A stretch of 64,000 bases of DNA from Candidatus Sericytochromatia bacterium (GCA_036676985.1 JAKFBU010000073.1:96001-160000); one strand, 5' to 3'. Positions 19,601 through 28,630 are shown, counted from the first letter of the stretch. Notes: generated by a model from the sequence alone, not told the origin. Program-made: numbers and translations.

Positions 19601-19748
19601 TGGCGCTGACCTGGATGGTCGGGAACTCGACGTTCGGCAGGTCGCTAACGGGCAGCTGCCGGTAGCTGAGCATGCCGAAGAGGACGATCGCCAGCATCAC
19701 GAGGGTGGTCATGATGGGGCGACGGATGAAGACGGCCGAGAGGTTCAT
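16632..19748 (-). CDS. RND efflux permease (AcrB/MdtB/MdtC family)
   Basis: FIRRPI, GFVVDDAIVVLENI, GIVKKNAI, RFRPIMMTT motifs; 1038 aa. Confidence 0.96.
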   Translation of the reverse strand: MNLSAVFIRRPIMTTLVMLAIVLFGMLSYRQLPVSDLPNVEFPTIQVSANLPGANPETMAAAVATPLERRFMTIPGIESITSSSNQNSTQITLQFKLERDIDAAAQDVQTAISSTRLPQGMPNPPSFRKVNPAASPILFLSLNSETLPLSEVDEYAQTTVAQRLSTVDGVAEVNVFGSQKYAVRAQLDPNALASRGIGIDEVAQAIQQGNSNGPTGTLNGAQRALTIQTNGQLNDAEAYRKLIVSYRNGSPVRLEELGRIIDSVENVRQASWYNGKRGVVLAVQRQPGANTVAVVDGIMELLPSVREQLPASVNLETVFNRSETIRASVHDVQFTLVLTTGLVIMVIFLFLRNLSATIIPSLALPASIIAAFAVMHMMGFTLNNISLMALTLATGFVVDDAIVVLENIVRRMEAGESRMEAALAGAREIGFTILAMTISLVAVFIPVLFMGGIVGRLFNEFAITISAAILVSGLVSLTLTPMLASRFLKDPAKERHGRFYRALEAVFDGALALYDGGLRWVLKHRLTTLIASGVLLVFTAYLFTAVPKGFIPTEDINQLQGTTEGPQGISFDDMKAHQQQVAAIALQNPNVEGVMSSVGAGGPNASANRGRLIIRLKPRSERKLSSDQVIAQLRPKFAEVPGIRVFLQTPPSIRIGGMNSKSLYQLTLTGTNLPELYRGAGELEERLRDLSELTDVTSELDLRNPQVTVAIDRDQASALGVTTSQVEQALANAYGNRQVSEIYAPTNQYNVILEVLPEFQADPSALSSLYVRSTTGKLVPLGSVAKIVPSLGPTSVTHLGQMPSTTISFNLKPGVALSQATEKVEDIARMVLPESVDASFQGSAQVFQQSMGNMGWLLLLAIVVIYIVLGILYESFIHPLTVLSGLPSAGMGALLTLWLFQKDLDIYGFVGLIMLIGIVKKNAIMLIDFALEAQKSRGLSASEAIYEACRVRFRPIMMTTFAALAGALPIALGHGAGAEARQPLGLAVFGGLLVSQVLTLYLTPVIYVYLDGVQRRIGRRGHPTPPPAREAAPAAPTP

Positions 19749-20938
19749 TCAGCCGCCTCCCGCTTCTTGCCGCCCTTCTCACCCTTGGCGGGCGCCTCGG
19801 GATCGTAGACCTGGACCTTGGCGCCGGGCTTGAGCTGGAGCTGGCCGTCGGTCACGACGCGCTCACCGGGCTTCAGGCCCTCGCGGATGACCGCGTCGCC
19901 CTCGTTGCCCTGCCCCGTCACGACCGGACGGGCCTCGACGGTCTGGTCCGCCTGGAGGACGTAGACGAACTCGCCCTGCTGGCTGGTCTGGACGGCCCGC
20001 GCGGGGACGACCGTCACCTGGGGCTGGGTCGTCAGCGTGACGGCCACCTTGGTGAACTGGCCGGGCCAGAGGCGCTTGGCGGCATTCTCGAAGGTGGCGC
20101 GCAGCTTGATGGTGCCCGTAGTGGCGTCGATGGCGTTCTCGACGAAAGTGAGCGTGCCCTCCTCGGTGAAGGCGTCCGTGCCGGGCAGGGCGGCCGCGAC
20201 CTTGATCCGGCCCTGGGCCTGGTAGCGCGTGATGTCCGGCAGATCCTTCTGGGGCACGGAGAAGGTGACGTAGATGGGGCTCAGCTGGTTGATGGTGACG
20301 AGCGGCGCGGTGTCGTTGGCCCGCACCAGGTTGCCCGCGTGGACCTGCAGGGTGCCCGTGCGGCCCGAGACGGGGGCGGTGATGGTGGCGTAGCCCAGCT
20401 GGACCCGGGCGTTCTCGACGTTGGCGCGGCTCGCCGCGACCGTGGCCTGGATGGCCGCGAGGTTGGTCCGGAACTGGTCGTACTGCTCGTCGGAGACGCC
20501 GCCCTCCTTGTAGAGCGCGCCGTAGCGCCGGAGCTGCTCGGCGGCGTTGCGCTCCTGGGCCTTGTCCCGGGCGAGGGCCGCCTCGGCCTGCGCGAGCTCC
20601 GCCTTGAGGGGGCGCGCGTCGATGGTGAAGAGGCGATCGCCCTTCCGGACGTCCTGGCCCTGCTGGAAATGGACCGCCTCGAGCTGGCCCCCGATGAGGG
20701 CGCGCACGGCGACCGTCGAGTAGGCCTCGACGTTGCCGATGGCCGTGAGCTGGAGGGGCACGTCCTTCACCTGGACCGGCGCGACCGTGACGAGGGCCGC
20801 GCGGTTACGGCCTTGGCCCTTGCCTTCCTTGGCACCTGACTCCTTGGGGTGACAGGCCGAAAGCAGGCCAGCGGCGGTCATGCCCGCCAGGGCCATCGTC
20901 AGCCAGCGTCGGCCCGTGCGTGTCTCAACGATCATCAC
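19745..20938 (-). CDS. RND periplasmic adaptor (MFP, MdtA-like lipoprotein)
   Basis: Lipobox LSAC; ITAPVSGRTG, TGTIKLRATF, LWPGQF, GLKPGERVVTDG. Confidence 0.93.
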   Translation of the reverse strand: MMIVETRTGRRWLTMALAGMTAAGLLSACHPKESGAKEGKGQGRNRAALVTVAPVQVKDVPLQLTAIGNVEAYSTVAVRALIGGQLEAVHFQQGQDVRKGDRLFTIDARPLKAELAQAEAALARDKAQERNAAEQLRRYGALYKEGGVSDEQYDQFRTNLAAIQATVAASRANVENARVQLGYATITAPVSGRTGTLQVHAGNLVRANDTAPLVTINQLSPIYVTFSVPQKDLPDITRYQAQGRIKVAAALPGTDAFTEEGTLTFVENAIDATTGTIKLRATFENAAKRLWPGQFTKVAVTLTTQPQVTVVPARAVQTSQQGEFVYVLQADQTVEARPVVTGQGNEGDAVIREGLKPGERVVTDGQLQLKPGAKVQVYDPEAPAKGEKGGKKREAAE

Positions 20939-21383
20939 AGCTCCTCAAGTATTGTTGCCATGCGTGGGTCAGCGCCGCGATGCCCAGGCGCACATGCTCC
21001 TGGGCGGCGGGGTCAAGCCCGGTGTAGACTTCCTGGGTCATCTTGCGCCGCGCCCCGGTGACCGCGGCGAAGGCCTCGGCCCCGCGCTGCGAGGCGTGAA
21101 TGCAGACCGCGCGCCGATCGTGCGGGTCCGAGCACCGCTCGACCCAGCCTTGCCGCACGAGGCGATCCACCAGCGTCGTGCAGGCCCCCGGCGTGAGGCC
21201 CAGGTACGTGGCCAGCTGCGACATCTTGGGGTTGCCAAGCGCGTGGAGCGCCGCCAGGGCGAAGTACTGGGTCGGCGTGACGCCAAAGGCCGAACACGCG
21301 CGGTAGAGCGCCGTCTGGGTGGTCACGGAGAGTTGTTCGGTCAGTTCCTCGTAGCGCGCGAGATCCTGGACATTGGGTCGCAA
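20925..21383 (-). CDS. MarR family regulator
   Basis: GVTPTQY, TTLVDRLVRQGWVER, DRRAV motifs. Confidence 0.88.
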   Translation of the reverse strand: MRPNVQDLARYEELTEQLSVTTQTALYRACSAFGVTPTQYFALAALHALGNPKMSQLATYLGLTPGACTTLVDRLVRQGWVERCSDPHDRRAVCIHASQRGAEAFAAVTGARRKMTQEVYTGLDPAAQEHVRLGIAALTHAWQQYLRSCDDR

Positions 21384-21433
21384 GCGGGATTCCTCCAGGT
21401 GTGGGCCCTTGGCAAAATGTACTTCGCCCTATA

Positions 21434-21456
21434 AATTGTTTCTACAGCAAACTGTT
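21434..21456. promoter_or_regulatory. Probable MarR operator in the divergent marR/tolC promoter
   Basis: AT-rich imperfect palindrome AATTGTTTCTACAGCAAACTGTT in an 89-bp divergent spacer. Confidence 0.45.
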
Positions 21457-21472
21457 GGGGATGGGAAGTGTC

Positions 21473-22744
21473 ATGAAGCGATTTCTACTGCTGAGCGTCT
21501 CGGCCGCGCTCGCCATGAGCGCCCTGCCGGCGCATGCGCAGCCGGCGCCGTTGAGCCTCGAGGAGACGGTGCGGCTCGCCCGCGAGCGAAGCCTCGCGTC
21601 CCAGGCCAGCGCCCGGCGCGTCGAGGCCGCCCAGGCCCTCGAAGGCGCCGCCGGCGCCCAGCTCGTGCCGAGCGTCGGCCTGCAGGTCGGCCCGGGCCTC
21701 ACGACGGGCCGCGCGGGAGCCGCGGGCAGCGCGGCGTCCGCGGCCGGCATGGCCATGGACACCACCCTGAGCGGCAGCCAGCTCCTCTACGACTGGGGGG
21801 CCGCGCGCGGCAACGTCGCGATCGCCGAGTACCAGACCCGGATCGCGCGCCTGACGCTCGAAGCCGCCGAGCAGGACGCCATGGCCACCGCGGCCGTGGG
21901 GTACTTCCAGGTGCTGCGAGCCGAGGCCCTCGCCAAGGTCCAGGAGAACGCGGTCCAGCAGGCGCAGACCCACCTGCGCCTGGGAGAGCTGAGGCTCAAG
22001 TCGGGCACCGGCACCCGTGCCGAGACGCTGCAGCTGCAGGCCCAGCTCGCCAACGCCCAGACGGCCCTCAGCCAGGCGCGGAACGCCGTGGCGATCGCCC
22101 GGCTCACCCTGTCCAACGCCCTCAACACGCCCGTGGGCGATCGCGCCCTGGTCGCGACGAACCCGGTGCCGCCCCGCGTGGTGGCGCACGGCGACGTCGA
22201 GACGCGGCTCGCCGAGCGGCCCGAGGTGAAGGCCCAGGCCCTGCGCGTCGAGAGCGACGCCAAGCGCGCCCAGGTGGAGCGCGCGGCCCTGCTGCCGGGC
22301 GTGTCGGCGGTCGCGCGCTACAGCCAGCGCAACCTCGACCGCGGCGAGCTGTTCGGCGGCGTCGGCGTCAGCTGGTCCGTCTTCGAGGGGGCGCGCGCGT
22401 CCAACCGCGCCAAGTCCGCCGAGGCGGAGCTCGAGGCCGACAAGCTGCTCTTGGACCAGGCCAAGCTCAACGCGGAGCTCGACATCCGCCAGCAGCTGCA
22501 GACGCGCGACGAGGCGCGCTCGCGGCTGGCCTCCGCTCAGGCGGGCCAGACGGCGGCCGAGGAGGCCTATCGGATTGCGGTCAAGCGCTACGAGCTGGGT
22601 CTGGCCACCCAGTACGAGCTGACGGACGTGCAGAACACGCGCATCCAGGCGCAGACCAACGCCGTGCAGGCCAACTACGACCTGGCGATCGCCGAGATCC
22701 GGCTCACCCGGGCCTTGCACCACGACCTGTCGACCTTGCCCTGA
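21473..22744 (+). CDS. TolC family outer-membrane efflux protein
   Basis: Signal peptide; two OEP repeats (RPEVK, RYELGLAT); divergent from the RND operon. Confidence 0.9.
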   Translation: MKRFLLLSVSAALAMSALPAHAQPAPLSLEETVRLARERSLASQASARRVEAAQALEGAAGAQLVPSVGLQVGPGLTTGRAGAAGSAASAAGMAMDTTLSGSQLLYDWGAARGNVAIAEYQTRIARLTLEAAEQDAMATAAVGYFQVLRAEALAKVQENAVQQAQTHLRLGELRLKSGTGTRAETLQLQAQLANAQTALSQARNAVAIARLTLSNALNTPVGDRALVATNPVPPRVVAHGDVETRLAERPEVKAQALRVESDAKRAQVERAALLPGVSAVARYSQRNLDRGELFGGVGVSWSVFEGARASNRAKSAEAELEADKLLLDQAKLNAELDIRQQLQTRDEARSRLASAQAGQTAAEEAYRIAVKRYELGLATQYELTDVQNTRIQAQTNAVQANYDLAIAEIRLTRALHHDLSTLP

Positions 22745-22826
22745 TCTTGCAGTCGAGCTAGGATTCGCTAGAATAGGACCCGGTGCCGCTTTGGCGCCGG
22801 GTTTCCGACTTTCGAGAGGGCAAACG

Positions 22827-23591
22827 ATGAGACCGCTACGTCGCTTCCTGGTGGCTTCGGTTCTGGCCATGACGCTCCTGCCCATGACGGGCTGCGCGCG
22901 CCTCTACAAGCTCTCCCCCGAGCGGGACGCCAACACGGACCGCATCTTCATCGCCGGCGACGAGTGGGCGGTGGTGGAGGATGCCGACGCGCGGGTGGCG
23001 ATCAGCGGTGAGAAGGTGACGGGCAGCGAGATCTACCTCAAGCTGTCGGTGACCAACAAGGGCGAGCAGCGGGTCGACATGCTGCCCGAGGAGATCCGGG
23101 TCTGGGCCCACGAGGACTCGGGCAAGCGTCCCCTGAAGGTATGGTCGCCGGATCGCTACATGTCCGAGCTGCGGCACAACCAGGCCATGTCGATGTTCGT
23201 CTCGGCGTTCGCGAACGGCCTGGCCTCGGCGGACGAGGGCCGCAAGACGGTGACCACCAAGACCAGCGGCAGCGCCCAGAGCGTGACCTACGGCAGCGAC
23301 ACCAAGTACTCGCGCGAGCGTTACGCCGAGAAGTCGGTGACGGTCATCGACGATCCGGCCGCCCGCGCGGCCGCCCAGGAGCGCGATCGCAAGCGCCTCG
23401 AGGAGCAGAGCGACCGGAACGCGGAGCACAACGCGCGGCTGGACGCGTCGCTCCTGAAGGCGACGACGCTCTTCAAGGGCGACAAGATCGAGGGCATCGC
23501 CATCGTGGACGCGGCGGACGCCAACCTATACACGGTGTCGGTGGTGCTGGGCGAGAAGGTGTACCGGGTGCGGTTTCGGCCGAAGGAGTAG
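22827..23591 (+). CDS. Hypothetical lipoprotein
   Basis: Lipobox MTGC; strong GC3 codon bias. Confidence 0.7.
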   Translation: MRPLRRFLVASVLAMTLLPMTGCARLYKLSPERDANTDRIFIAGDEWAVVEDADARVAISGEKVTGSEIYLKLSVTNKGEQRVDMLPEEIRVWAHEDSGKRPLKVWSPDRYMSELRHNQAMSMFVSAFANGLASADEGRKTVTTKTSGSAQSVTYGSDTKYSRERYAEKSVTVIDDPAARAAAQERDRKRLEEQSDRNAEHNARLDASLLKATTLFKGDKIEGIAIVDAADANLYTVSVVLGEKVYRVRFRPKE

Positions 23592-23604
23592 CCGACCAAG
23601 TACC

Positions 23605-23755
23605 ACCCCCCCTTCCCCCCTGCTTCGCAAGGGGGGCTTTTTTCTGAGGACGGCCCCCTGGCGGGGGCAGATTCCTCGTGAGCAACACACGCCGAAAATC
23701 CTGCGCAGCAGGACGCCCTATGCCCCCCTTGCGAAGCAGGGGGGGAAGGGGGGGT
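23605..23755. repeat. Inverted pair of C-run/G-run palindromic repeats
   Basis: ACCCCCCCTTCCCCCCTGCTTCGCAAGGGGGGC (23605-23637) and its near reverse complement (23722-23755); first copy followed by a T run. Confidence 0.75.
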
Positions 23756-23779
23756 CAAAGGAATCGTTAAGTTGGGGGC

Positions 23780-24985
23780 TTACTTCACCCACACCGGGCT
23801 CGTCCACGCCCACGCCGTGCGATCGCCGTACACCGCCTTGGCGAAGTAGTAGGACTTCTTTCCATTCGACGGCAGCTTGAACGCCCACTTGGCACTCTTC
23901 TTGCCGACCGCCACCTTCGCGACCAGGGCCGCCGGGCGGCCGCCGACGCCGTCGGTGTCCCCGTACAGCTCCAGCCGCTGAATGGTCGTGTCGGGATCCG
24001 ACACCGCCACCTCGACCGACAGCTCCTTGCCGCCCGCGATCTCGCCGCCCATGGGCTCGCCGTTCAGGGTGAAGTACAGCTTGAGGTTGTGGTCGAAGGT
24101 CGCGAACGTCCGCCGGGCGCGGAAAGCTTCCACGATCCCCGCCTTGCTGAGCGACTTGGCCCACACGCCGGTGCGCGTCTCGGCCGCCGTCCCCCAGTTC
24201 TTCACGTGGTTGTCCTGGTCGCCGATGGCGCCCACGCGCCAGCCGCGGTTGAGGAAATCCTTGAACTCCTCTTCGTAGTTCAGGCCGTTGACGCCGCGAT
24301 CCCACTCGTCGGGAACGCCCTTCATGTCCTCGCCCTCGTACTTGCCGGGACCATTGAGGAGCGCCATGCCCGCGACCTTGTCGAGGGCCACCTTGGAGGC
24401 GGGAATGGGAGCAACCGGCGAGAAGCCCGTCCCACCGAACTCGAGCACGTTGGACGGGTGCGGGTGGTTGAACTGCACCCACGCGATCTCCGGGTGGGAG
24501 GGCAGCCACTTTTGGTAGAAGCCGTTCCAGTCGCCATTGTCGACCGGGCAGCGCTCGTTGGCCTCGAAGATGTTGATGTGCCCACCCTTGGAGATGGAGC
24601 TCCACTCCTGAGCGACCAGCGCCACGAACTTGCCGTTCTGGGTGAACTGGGAAGAGGCGCGCTTGAGGCTCTCGTAGCCCTCGTCGGTGATCATGTGGGC
24701 ATGCGAGGACACGCCCAGAAAGTCGAGGTTCGCCTTGTCGCGGGCGTAGGTGTAGGCCTCGGCGAGCGTGCCCTGGCCGTCGTCGCCGTTCTCGGCCACG
24801 TGGGTGTGCTGGATGCCATAGAACGCCTTGAAGCCGCTCTTGGCCCCGGCCTCATCGGCGTCGAGCGCCTGCAGGGCCTGCTCGGGGGGGACGACGCCCG
24901 TGGTGAACGAGGAGCTGCCGCAGCCGACCACCAGGATGGCCACGAGGGCGACGGTGTGTGCCTTGAGACGCGAACCCAACGTCAT
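23780..24985 (-). CDS. PHP-fold (CehA/McbA-like) metallo-phosphoesterase lipoprotein
   Basis: Lipobox VVGC; HTH, SSHAH, EWS, GHIN, NHP, DNH metal ligands. Confidence 0.78.
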   Translation of the reverse strand: MTLGSRLKAHTVALVAILVVGCGSSSFTTGVVPPEQALQALDADEAGAKSGFKAFYGIQHTHVAENGDDGQGTLAEAYTYARDKANLDFLGVSSHAHMITDEGYESLKRASSQFTQNGKFVALVAQEWSSISKGGHINIFEANERCPVDNGDWNGFYQKWLPSHPEIAWVQFNHPHPSNVLEFGGTGFSPVAPIPASKVALDKVAGMALLNGPGKYEGEDMKGVPDEWDRGVNGLNYEEEFKDFLNRGWRVGAIGDQDNHVKNWGTAAETRTGVWAKSLSKAGIVEAFRARRTFATFDHNLKLYFTLNGEPMGGEIAGGKELSVEVAVSDPDTTIQRLELYGDTDGVGGRPAALVAKVAVGKKSAKWAFKLPSNGKKSYYFAKAVYGDRTAWAWTSPVWVK

Positions 24986-25016
24986 GCCGTTCCTCCTCTC
25001 GATCCCCTACGAGGAG

Positions 25017-25060
25017 GTTATCCGGCCGGTGAGGCAAAAATGACGTTAAGTCGGTGTTAA
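25017..25060 (-). promoter_or_regulatory. Shared promoter motif, copy A (PHP lipoprotein)
   Basis: TTAAC-ACCGAC-TTAAC-N22-GATAAC, 31 nt upstream of the ATG. Confidence 0.6.
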
Positions 25061-25076
25061 TTTATAGGGAAACGCC

Positions 25077-25274
25077 CTAGCGAATCCGCTTGCGGCCAGC
25101 CACCCAGAACGCCGTGGTGAAGACCGCGAGCTCGATGACGACCAGGGCGATCATGGTGCCCACGGGGTTGCCCCGGGTGACGTAGGGGGCCATGAGCCAG
25201 AACAGGAGCAGCGTCCCGCCGATGGACAGGGCGGCGATGGTCAGGACGGTTCGTTGTGCGCGCTTGATGGCCAT
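25077..25274 (-). CDS. Small 2-TM membrane protein (65 aa)
   Basis: MAIKRAQRTVLTIAALSIGG...; two hydrophobic segments; directly downstream of the DUF5655 gene. Confidence 0.65.
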   Translation of the reverse strand: MAIKRAQRTVLTIAALSIGGTLLLFWLMAPYVTRGNPVGTMIALVVIELAVFTTAFWVAGRKRIR

Positions 25275-25278
25275 GCGT

Positions 25279-25866
25279 TTACTTCGCGTCCAGCTCGTAG
25301 GCGGCCTTGAGCCAGCGCTCGACCTCGGCATCCACGTCGGCCAGGGATTCGAGCCCGATGCGGTGGGTGATCTTGTCCGAGCCGAGCCCCTTGGCCGCGA
25401 CGAGCCTTCCCCCGGGTTCCAGACCGGGAAGGGCGAACCCCACGTCGATCCGGGTACGGGTCGTGGGCTTGATGACCACGAACTGGCGCTTGCGCATGAG
25501 GGGCACGTAGGTCGAGCAAGGAGCGGCGACGACGTCCTTTGCGACGGCGAGGCCCATCTCGAGCACGCGTTCGTAGATCGGCAGGAGGTCACGCTTGGGG
25601 CCCGCGTACATGGCGGCGACCAGGGCCTCGGCGTCGTACGGCTCCCGGCCGTCCACGTGCAGGGCGATGACCATGGCCGTGTCCCGCCCGAGCCCGTGCT
25701 CGCTCTTGAGCCACGCCATCCGATCCTTCTCGGTCCCGAGGCCGGTAGCCTTCACCAGCTCGATCCAGGCCTCGAGGGACCGGCCCGTCTTCTTCTCCAA
25801 GTTGGAGGCGATCGCCTGGATGTGGCTCTCGGAGGGATGGACACCGTACTTGGACTGGGTCGTCAT
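25279..25866 (-). CDS. DUF4287/DUF5655 domain protein
   Basis: NLEKKTGRSLEAW, WLKSEHGLG, YVPLMRKRQF, WLKAAYE patterns. Confidence 0.75.
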   Translation of the reverse strand: MTTQSKYGVHPSESHIQAIASNLEKKTGRSLEAWIELVKATGLGTEKDRMAWLKSEHGLGRDTAMVIALHVDGREPYDAEALVAAMYAGPKRDLLPIYERVLEMGLAVAKDVVAAPCSTYVPLMRKRQFVVIKPTTRTRIDVGFALPGLEPGGRLVAAKGLGSDKITHRIGLESLADVDAEVERWLKAAYELDAK

Positions 25867-25941
25867 GAACTCGGAACTCCTCGCAAGGGGTGGGCAGGGC
25901 TTCTATACCACGATCGCCACAACCCTCACCTGCTCGGATGA

Positions 25942-26838
25942 TTACGAGAAGACGATCGTGTCCTCCTCGGCGTAGTGATCCGACACGGTCTGGGCGTTGG
26001 GCGAGCCCGGAAGCGACAGGCTGTCGCCCGTGTACCACTTCGAGTCGAGGCCCTGGAAGCCCTTGACGAGCACGTAGTCGATGTTGGTCTTGCCGGGCGG
26101 CTTGCCCTTGGGGCCCACGTCCAGGTAGTCCCGGTACAGGGCGCGCACGGCGTCGAAGCGGGGATCCGAGTTGGTGTCCGCCGTCGGGACGTTGAGGTCG
26201 CCCGCCACGATGACCCCGCCCTGCTTGGCGGCCTCGTTCGCAGCCGCGAAGACCCGCCGGGCCTGCGGCTCCTGCATGCCCTGCTGGTAGCTGACGTGCG
26301 TGTTGATGACCGTGAAGGACTTGCCCGTGAGCGTGTCCTTGAGACGCAGCTCCTGGAAGCCGCGCGGCTCGACGAGCTGGCCGACGTTCGGCTTCACGCC
26401 GCCCTTGAACCAGTCCCACACGCTCTTCACGGCCGCCGTGACCTGCGCCATGCCGAAGCGATCGGCATCGTAGTCCAGGACCTCGAAGCGCTTGGGTACG
26501 AGCACCATGTTCCCCTGGTCCACCCCGGTGCGCATGTAGACGGCGCGGAACTGACCGTTTCCGGCGAGCTTCTCGACGGCGTCCTTCTGCGCGTTGCCGA
26601 CCTCCTGCAGGCAGAGGATGGGAGCGTCGGGCGCCCCCTGGAGGACCTTCTGGTAGAAGGGCAGCTTCGGAAAGTCGGCCTGATCGGTGGTGATCTTGGA
26701 GTTGCCGCAGGCCGTGTTGAAGGTGATGACCCTGAAGGCCTCGGCCGCAGCGGAGCTCGTCGGGCGCGGAGCGACGCCCGTGCCGGCCGGACGCACCGGA
26801 CGCTGGAGCGATGGGCGGGACGAAACGCCGTCGAGCAT
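25942..26838 (-). CDS. Endonuclease/exonuclease/phosphatase (EEP) family protein
   Basis: TFN, LQEV, NTH, AGDLN, IDYV, SDH catalytic motifs; AGGAGG SD. Confidence 0.9.
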   Translation of the reverse strand: MLDGVSSRPSLQRPVRPAGTGVAPRPTSSAAAEAFRVITFNTACGNSKITTDQADFPKLPFYQKVLQGAPDAPILCLQEVGNAQKDAVEKLAGNGQFRAVYMRTGVDQGNMVLVPKRFEVLDYDADRFGMAQVTAAVKSVWDWFKGGVKPNVGQLVEPRGFQELRLKDTLTGKSFTVINTHVSYQQGMQEPQARRVFAAANEAAKQGGVIVAGDLNVPTADTNSDPRFDAVRALYRDYLDVGPKGKPPGKTNIDYVLVKGFQGLDSKWYTGDSLSLPGSPNAQTVSDHYAEEDTIVFS

Positions 26839-26859
26839 GGGACACCTCCTCTTGGGGTC

Positions 26860-26902
26860 CTTATCGGACGCTCCACCGAAATCCCGTTTAACCCGGCGTA
26901 AA
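26860..26902 (-). promoter_or_regulatory. Shared promoter motif, copy C (EEP gene)
   Basis: TTTAC-GCCGGG-TTAAA-N21-GATAAG (TCCGATAA). Confidence 0.55.
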
Positions 26903-26934
26903 CCTTGGATGAAAAAGCGACGAACCAACCATGA

Positions 26935-26978
26935 TTAACGCAAATTTAACGTCAAGCCGGGCGGCGGGGCGCGATAAC
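26935..26978 (+). promoter_or_regulatory. Shared promoter motif, copy B (EF-hand/GH19 gene)
   Basis: TTAAC-GCAAAT-TTAAC-N22-GATAAC. Confidence 0.6.
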
Positions 26979-27019
26979 TCCCGAAGCAATGGCGTGCGGG
27001 CACGCGCGAGGAGGGATTC

Positions 27020-28573
27020 ATGGGGATGGGACAACCGATCCAGGGGTACCCCTACGTTCCGGCGGTCCCCTACATGCCACCCGTGGGCATGCCGCCCGTC
27101 ATACCGTACATGCCGCCGGTTCCGGTGGCCCAGCCGGTCCCCATGATGCCGACCGTGCCAATGGCGCCCCCGGCCCCGCCCATCACGGTCGTGCCCATCG
27201 GCCAGATTCCGCCAGCCGTTCCAGGCGATCAGTGGGTCCCCAGCCAGCCCACCGCCGGCCCCACCGTGCCGCCGGCCCCCCCGGCTCCCCCGATGACCCC
27301 GGCACCGCTCAATCCGCCGGCCGACCACTATGTTCCCAGTCAGCCGACCCCGGGCCCCAAGGCGCCTCCCGCGCCCCCTGCGCCTCCGGTCCACGAGCCG
27401 AAGAAGGTGAAGCCCACGAGCGACCGGGCAGAGTTCAATCGCATGGACTCCAACCATTCCGGCAAGGTCTCGGCCAAGGAGTTCAAGGCCCGCGGTGGCG
27501 ACAACTTCAAGCAGGCCGACCGCAACCGCGATCGCCACGTGACCTGGCGCGAGTACCGTGCCACCGAACTCACGCGCCAGTCCTTCCAGCACCTGGACCG
27601 CAACCATGACGGCATGCTCAAGGCCGGCGAGATCTCCCGGATCGAGACCCCTTCGGGCGCGACCTTCGACGCCAACCATGACGGCAAGGTGACCAAGAAG
27701 GAGTTCCTGGCGGCGCGCACCAAGGATGCCAAGGCCGTCGGGCGCCCCGATGCCAAGGACGTGCGGGCCCGGGCGGACAAGGTCTTCAAGCAGGCCGACC
27801 TGGACCGCAACGGGCGCCTCACGGGCGACGAGCGGAGCCGCCACCGCGCCTACGATCGCAACAAGAACGGCATGATCTCGCGCTCCGAGTTCATGGCGGG
27901 CCAGGCCGACGACCGCCAGGCGGCCGACCAGCAGCTGCAGCTCAAGGGGCGCTTGCCCGATGCCCTGGCGCGCCGGCTCTGGAAGGACGCCCTGGGCGAG
28001 TCCCGGAAGGTGCCCAAGCCCGGCATGTGGCTCGACGCGACCAAGATCGCCGCCCTGCTCGGCTCGCCCGTCGCGAACGTCCGCAAGAGCCTGCCCGGCA
28101 TCCTCAAGGCCCTCAACGAGGCCGGCCTCAAGGACCGCAACTCCGTCATCGCCGTGCTCGCGACCATCCGCACCGAGGTGGGCAGCTTCATGCCCATCCA
28201 CGAGTACGGGGGCCCGTCATACTGGGCCCGGTACAACGGTCGCTCGGATCTCGGCAACGTGCGGCCCGGCGACGGCGTGCGCTACCACGGCCGCGGTTTC
28301 ATCCAGCTGACGGGGCGTCACAACTACCGTACCTATGGCCAGGCCGTGGGCGTGGACCTCGAGAAGCACCCGGACAAGGCCCTCAACCCCAAGGTGGCGG
28401 CCGAGGTGCTCATCGCCTACTTCAAGTCCCACGGCATCCCGGACAAGGCGCGCCGGGGTGACTGGTACGGCGTGCGCACCGCCGTCAACGGCGGCGACAA
28501 CGGCTGGGACACCTTCAGATGGGCCGTCAGCAGGCTCCAGAGCTCCTCGAGCTGGCTCAAGCGAGACGGATGA
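27020..28573 (+). CDS. Pro-rich, multi-EF-hand, GH19-like (chitinase/lysozyme) fusion protein
   Basis: About six DxNxDGx EF-hand-like loops; C-terminal TE...HE, YHGRGFIQLTGRHNY, DLEKHPD, VNGGDNG GH19 motifs. Confidence 0.85.
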   Translation: MGMGQPIQGYPYVPAVPYMPPVGMPPVIPYMPPVPVAQPVPMMPTVPMAPPAPPITVVPIGQIPPAVPGDQWVPSQPTAGPTVPPAPPAPPMTPAPLNPPADHYVPSQPTPGPKAPPAPPAPPVHEPKKVKPTSDRAEFNRMDSNHSGKVSAKEFKARGGDNFKQADRNRDRHVTWREYRATELTRQSFQHLDRNHDGMLKAGEISRIETPSGATFDANHDGKVTKKEFLAARTKDAKAVGRPDAKDVRARADKVFKQADLDRNGRLTGDERSRHRAYDRNKNGMISRSEFMAGQADDRQAADQQLQLKGRLPDALARRLWKDALGESRKVPKPGMWLDATKIAALLGSPVANVRKSLPGILKALNEAGLKDRNSVIAVLATIRTEVGSFMPIHEYGGPSYWARYNGRSDLGNVRPGDGVRYHGRGFIQLTGRHNYRTYGQAVGVDLEKHPDKALNPKVAAEVLIAYFKSHGIPDKARRGDWYGVRTAVNGGDNGWDTFRWAVSRLQSSSSWLKRDG

Positions 28574-28584
28574 GCTCGAACGCA

Positions 28585-28619
28585 AACGACCCGGGAAGCC
28601 GTCGGCCTCCCGGGTCGTT
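28585..28619. terminator. Bidirectional hairpin between convergent genes
   Basis: AACGACCCGGGA...TCCCGGGTCGTT. Confidence 0.6.
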
Positions 28620-28630
28620 CGCGTCGTGAG

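Noticed and set aside
27020-27400. Tandem repeats or CRISPR-like array in the Pro-rich region
   Set aside because: Imperfect coding repeats (VPY/IPYMPP, VPSQPT) with no constant repeat-spacer structure; no cas genes.
27900-28573. GH19 domain as a prophage endolysin
   Set aside because: No holin, structural or other phage genes nearby; host-like codon usage.
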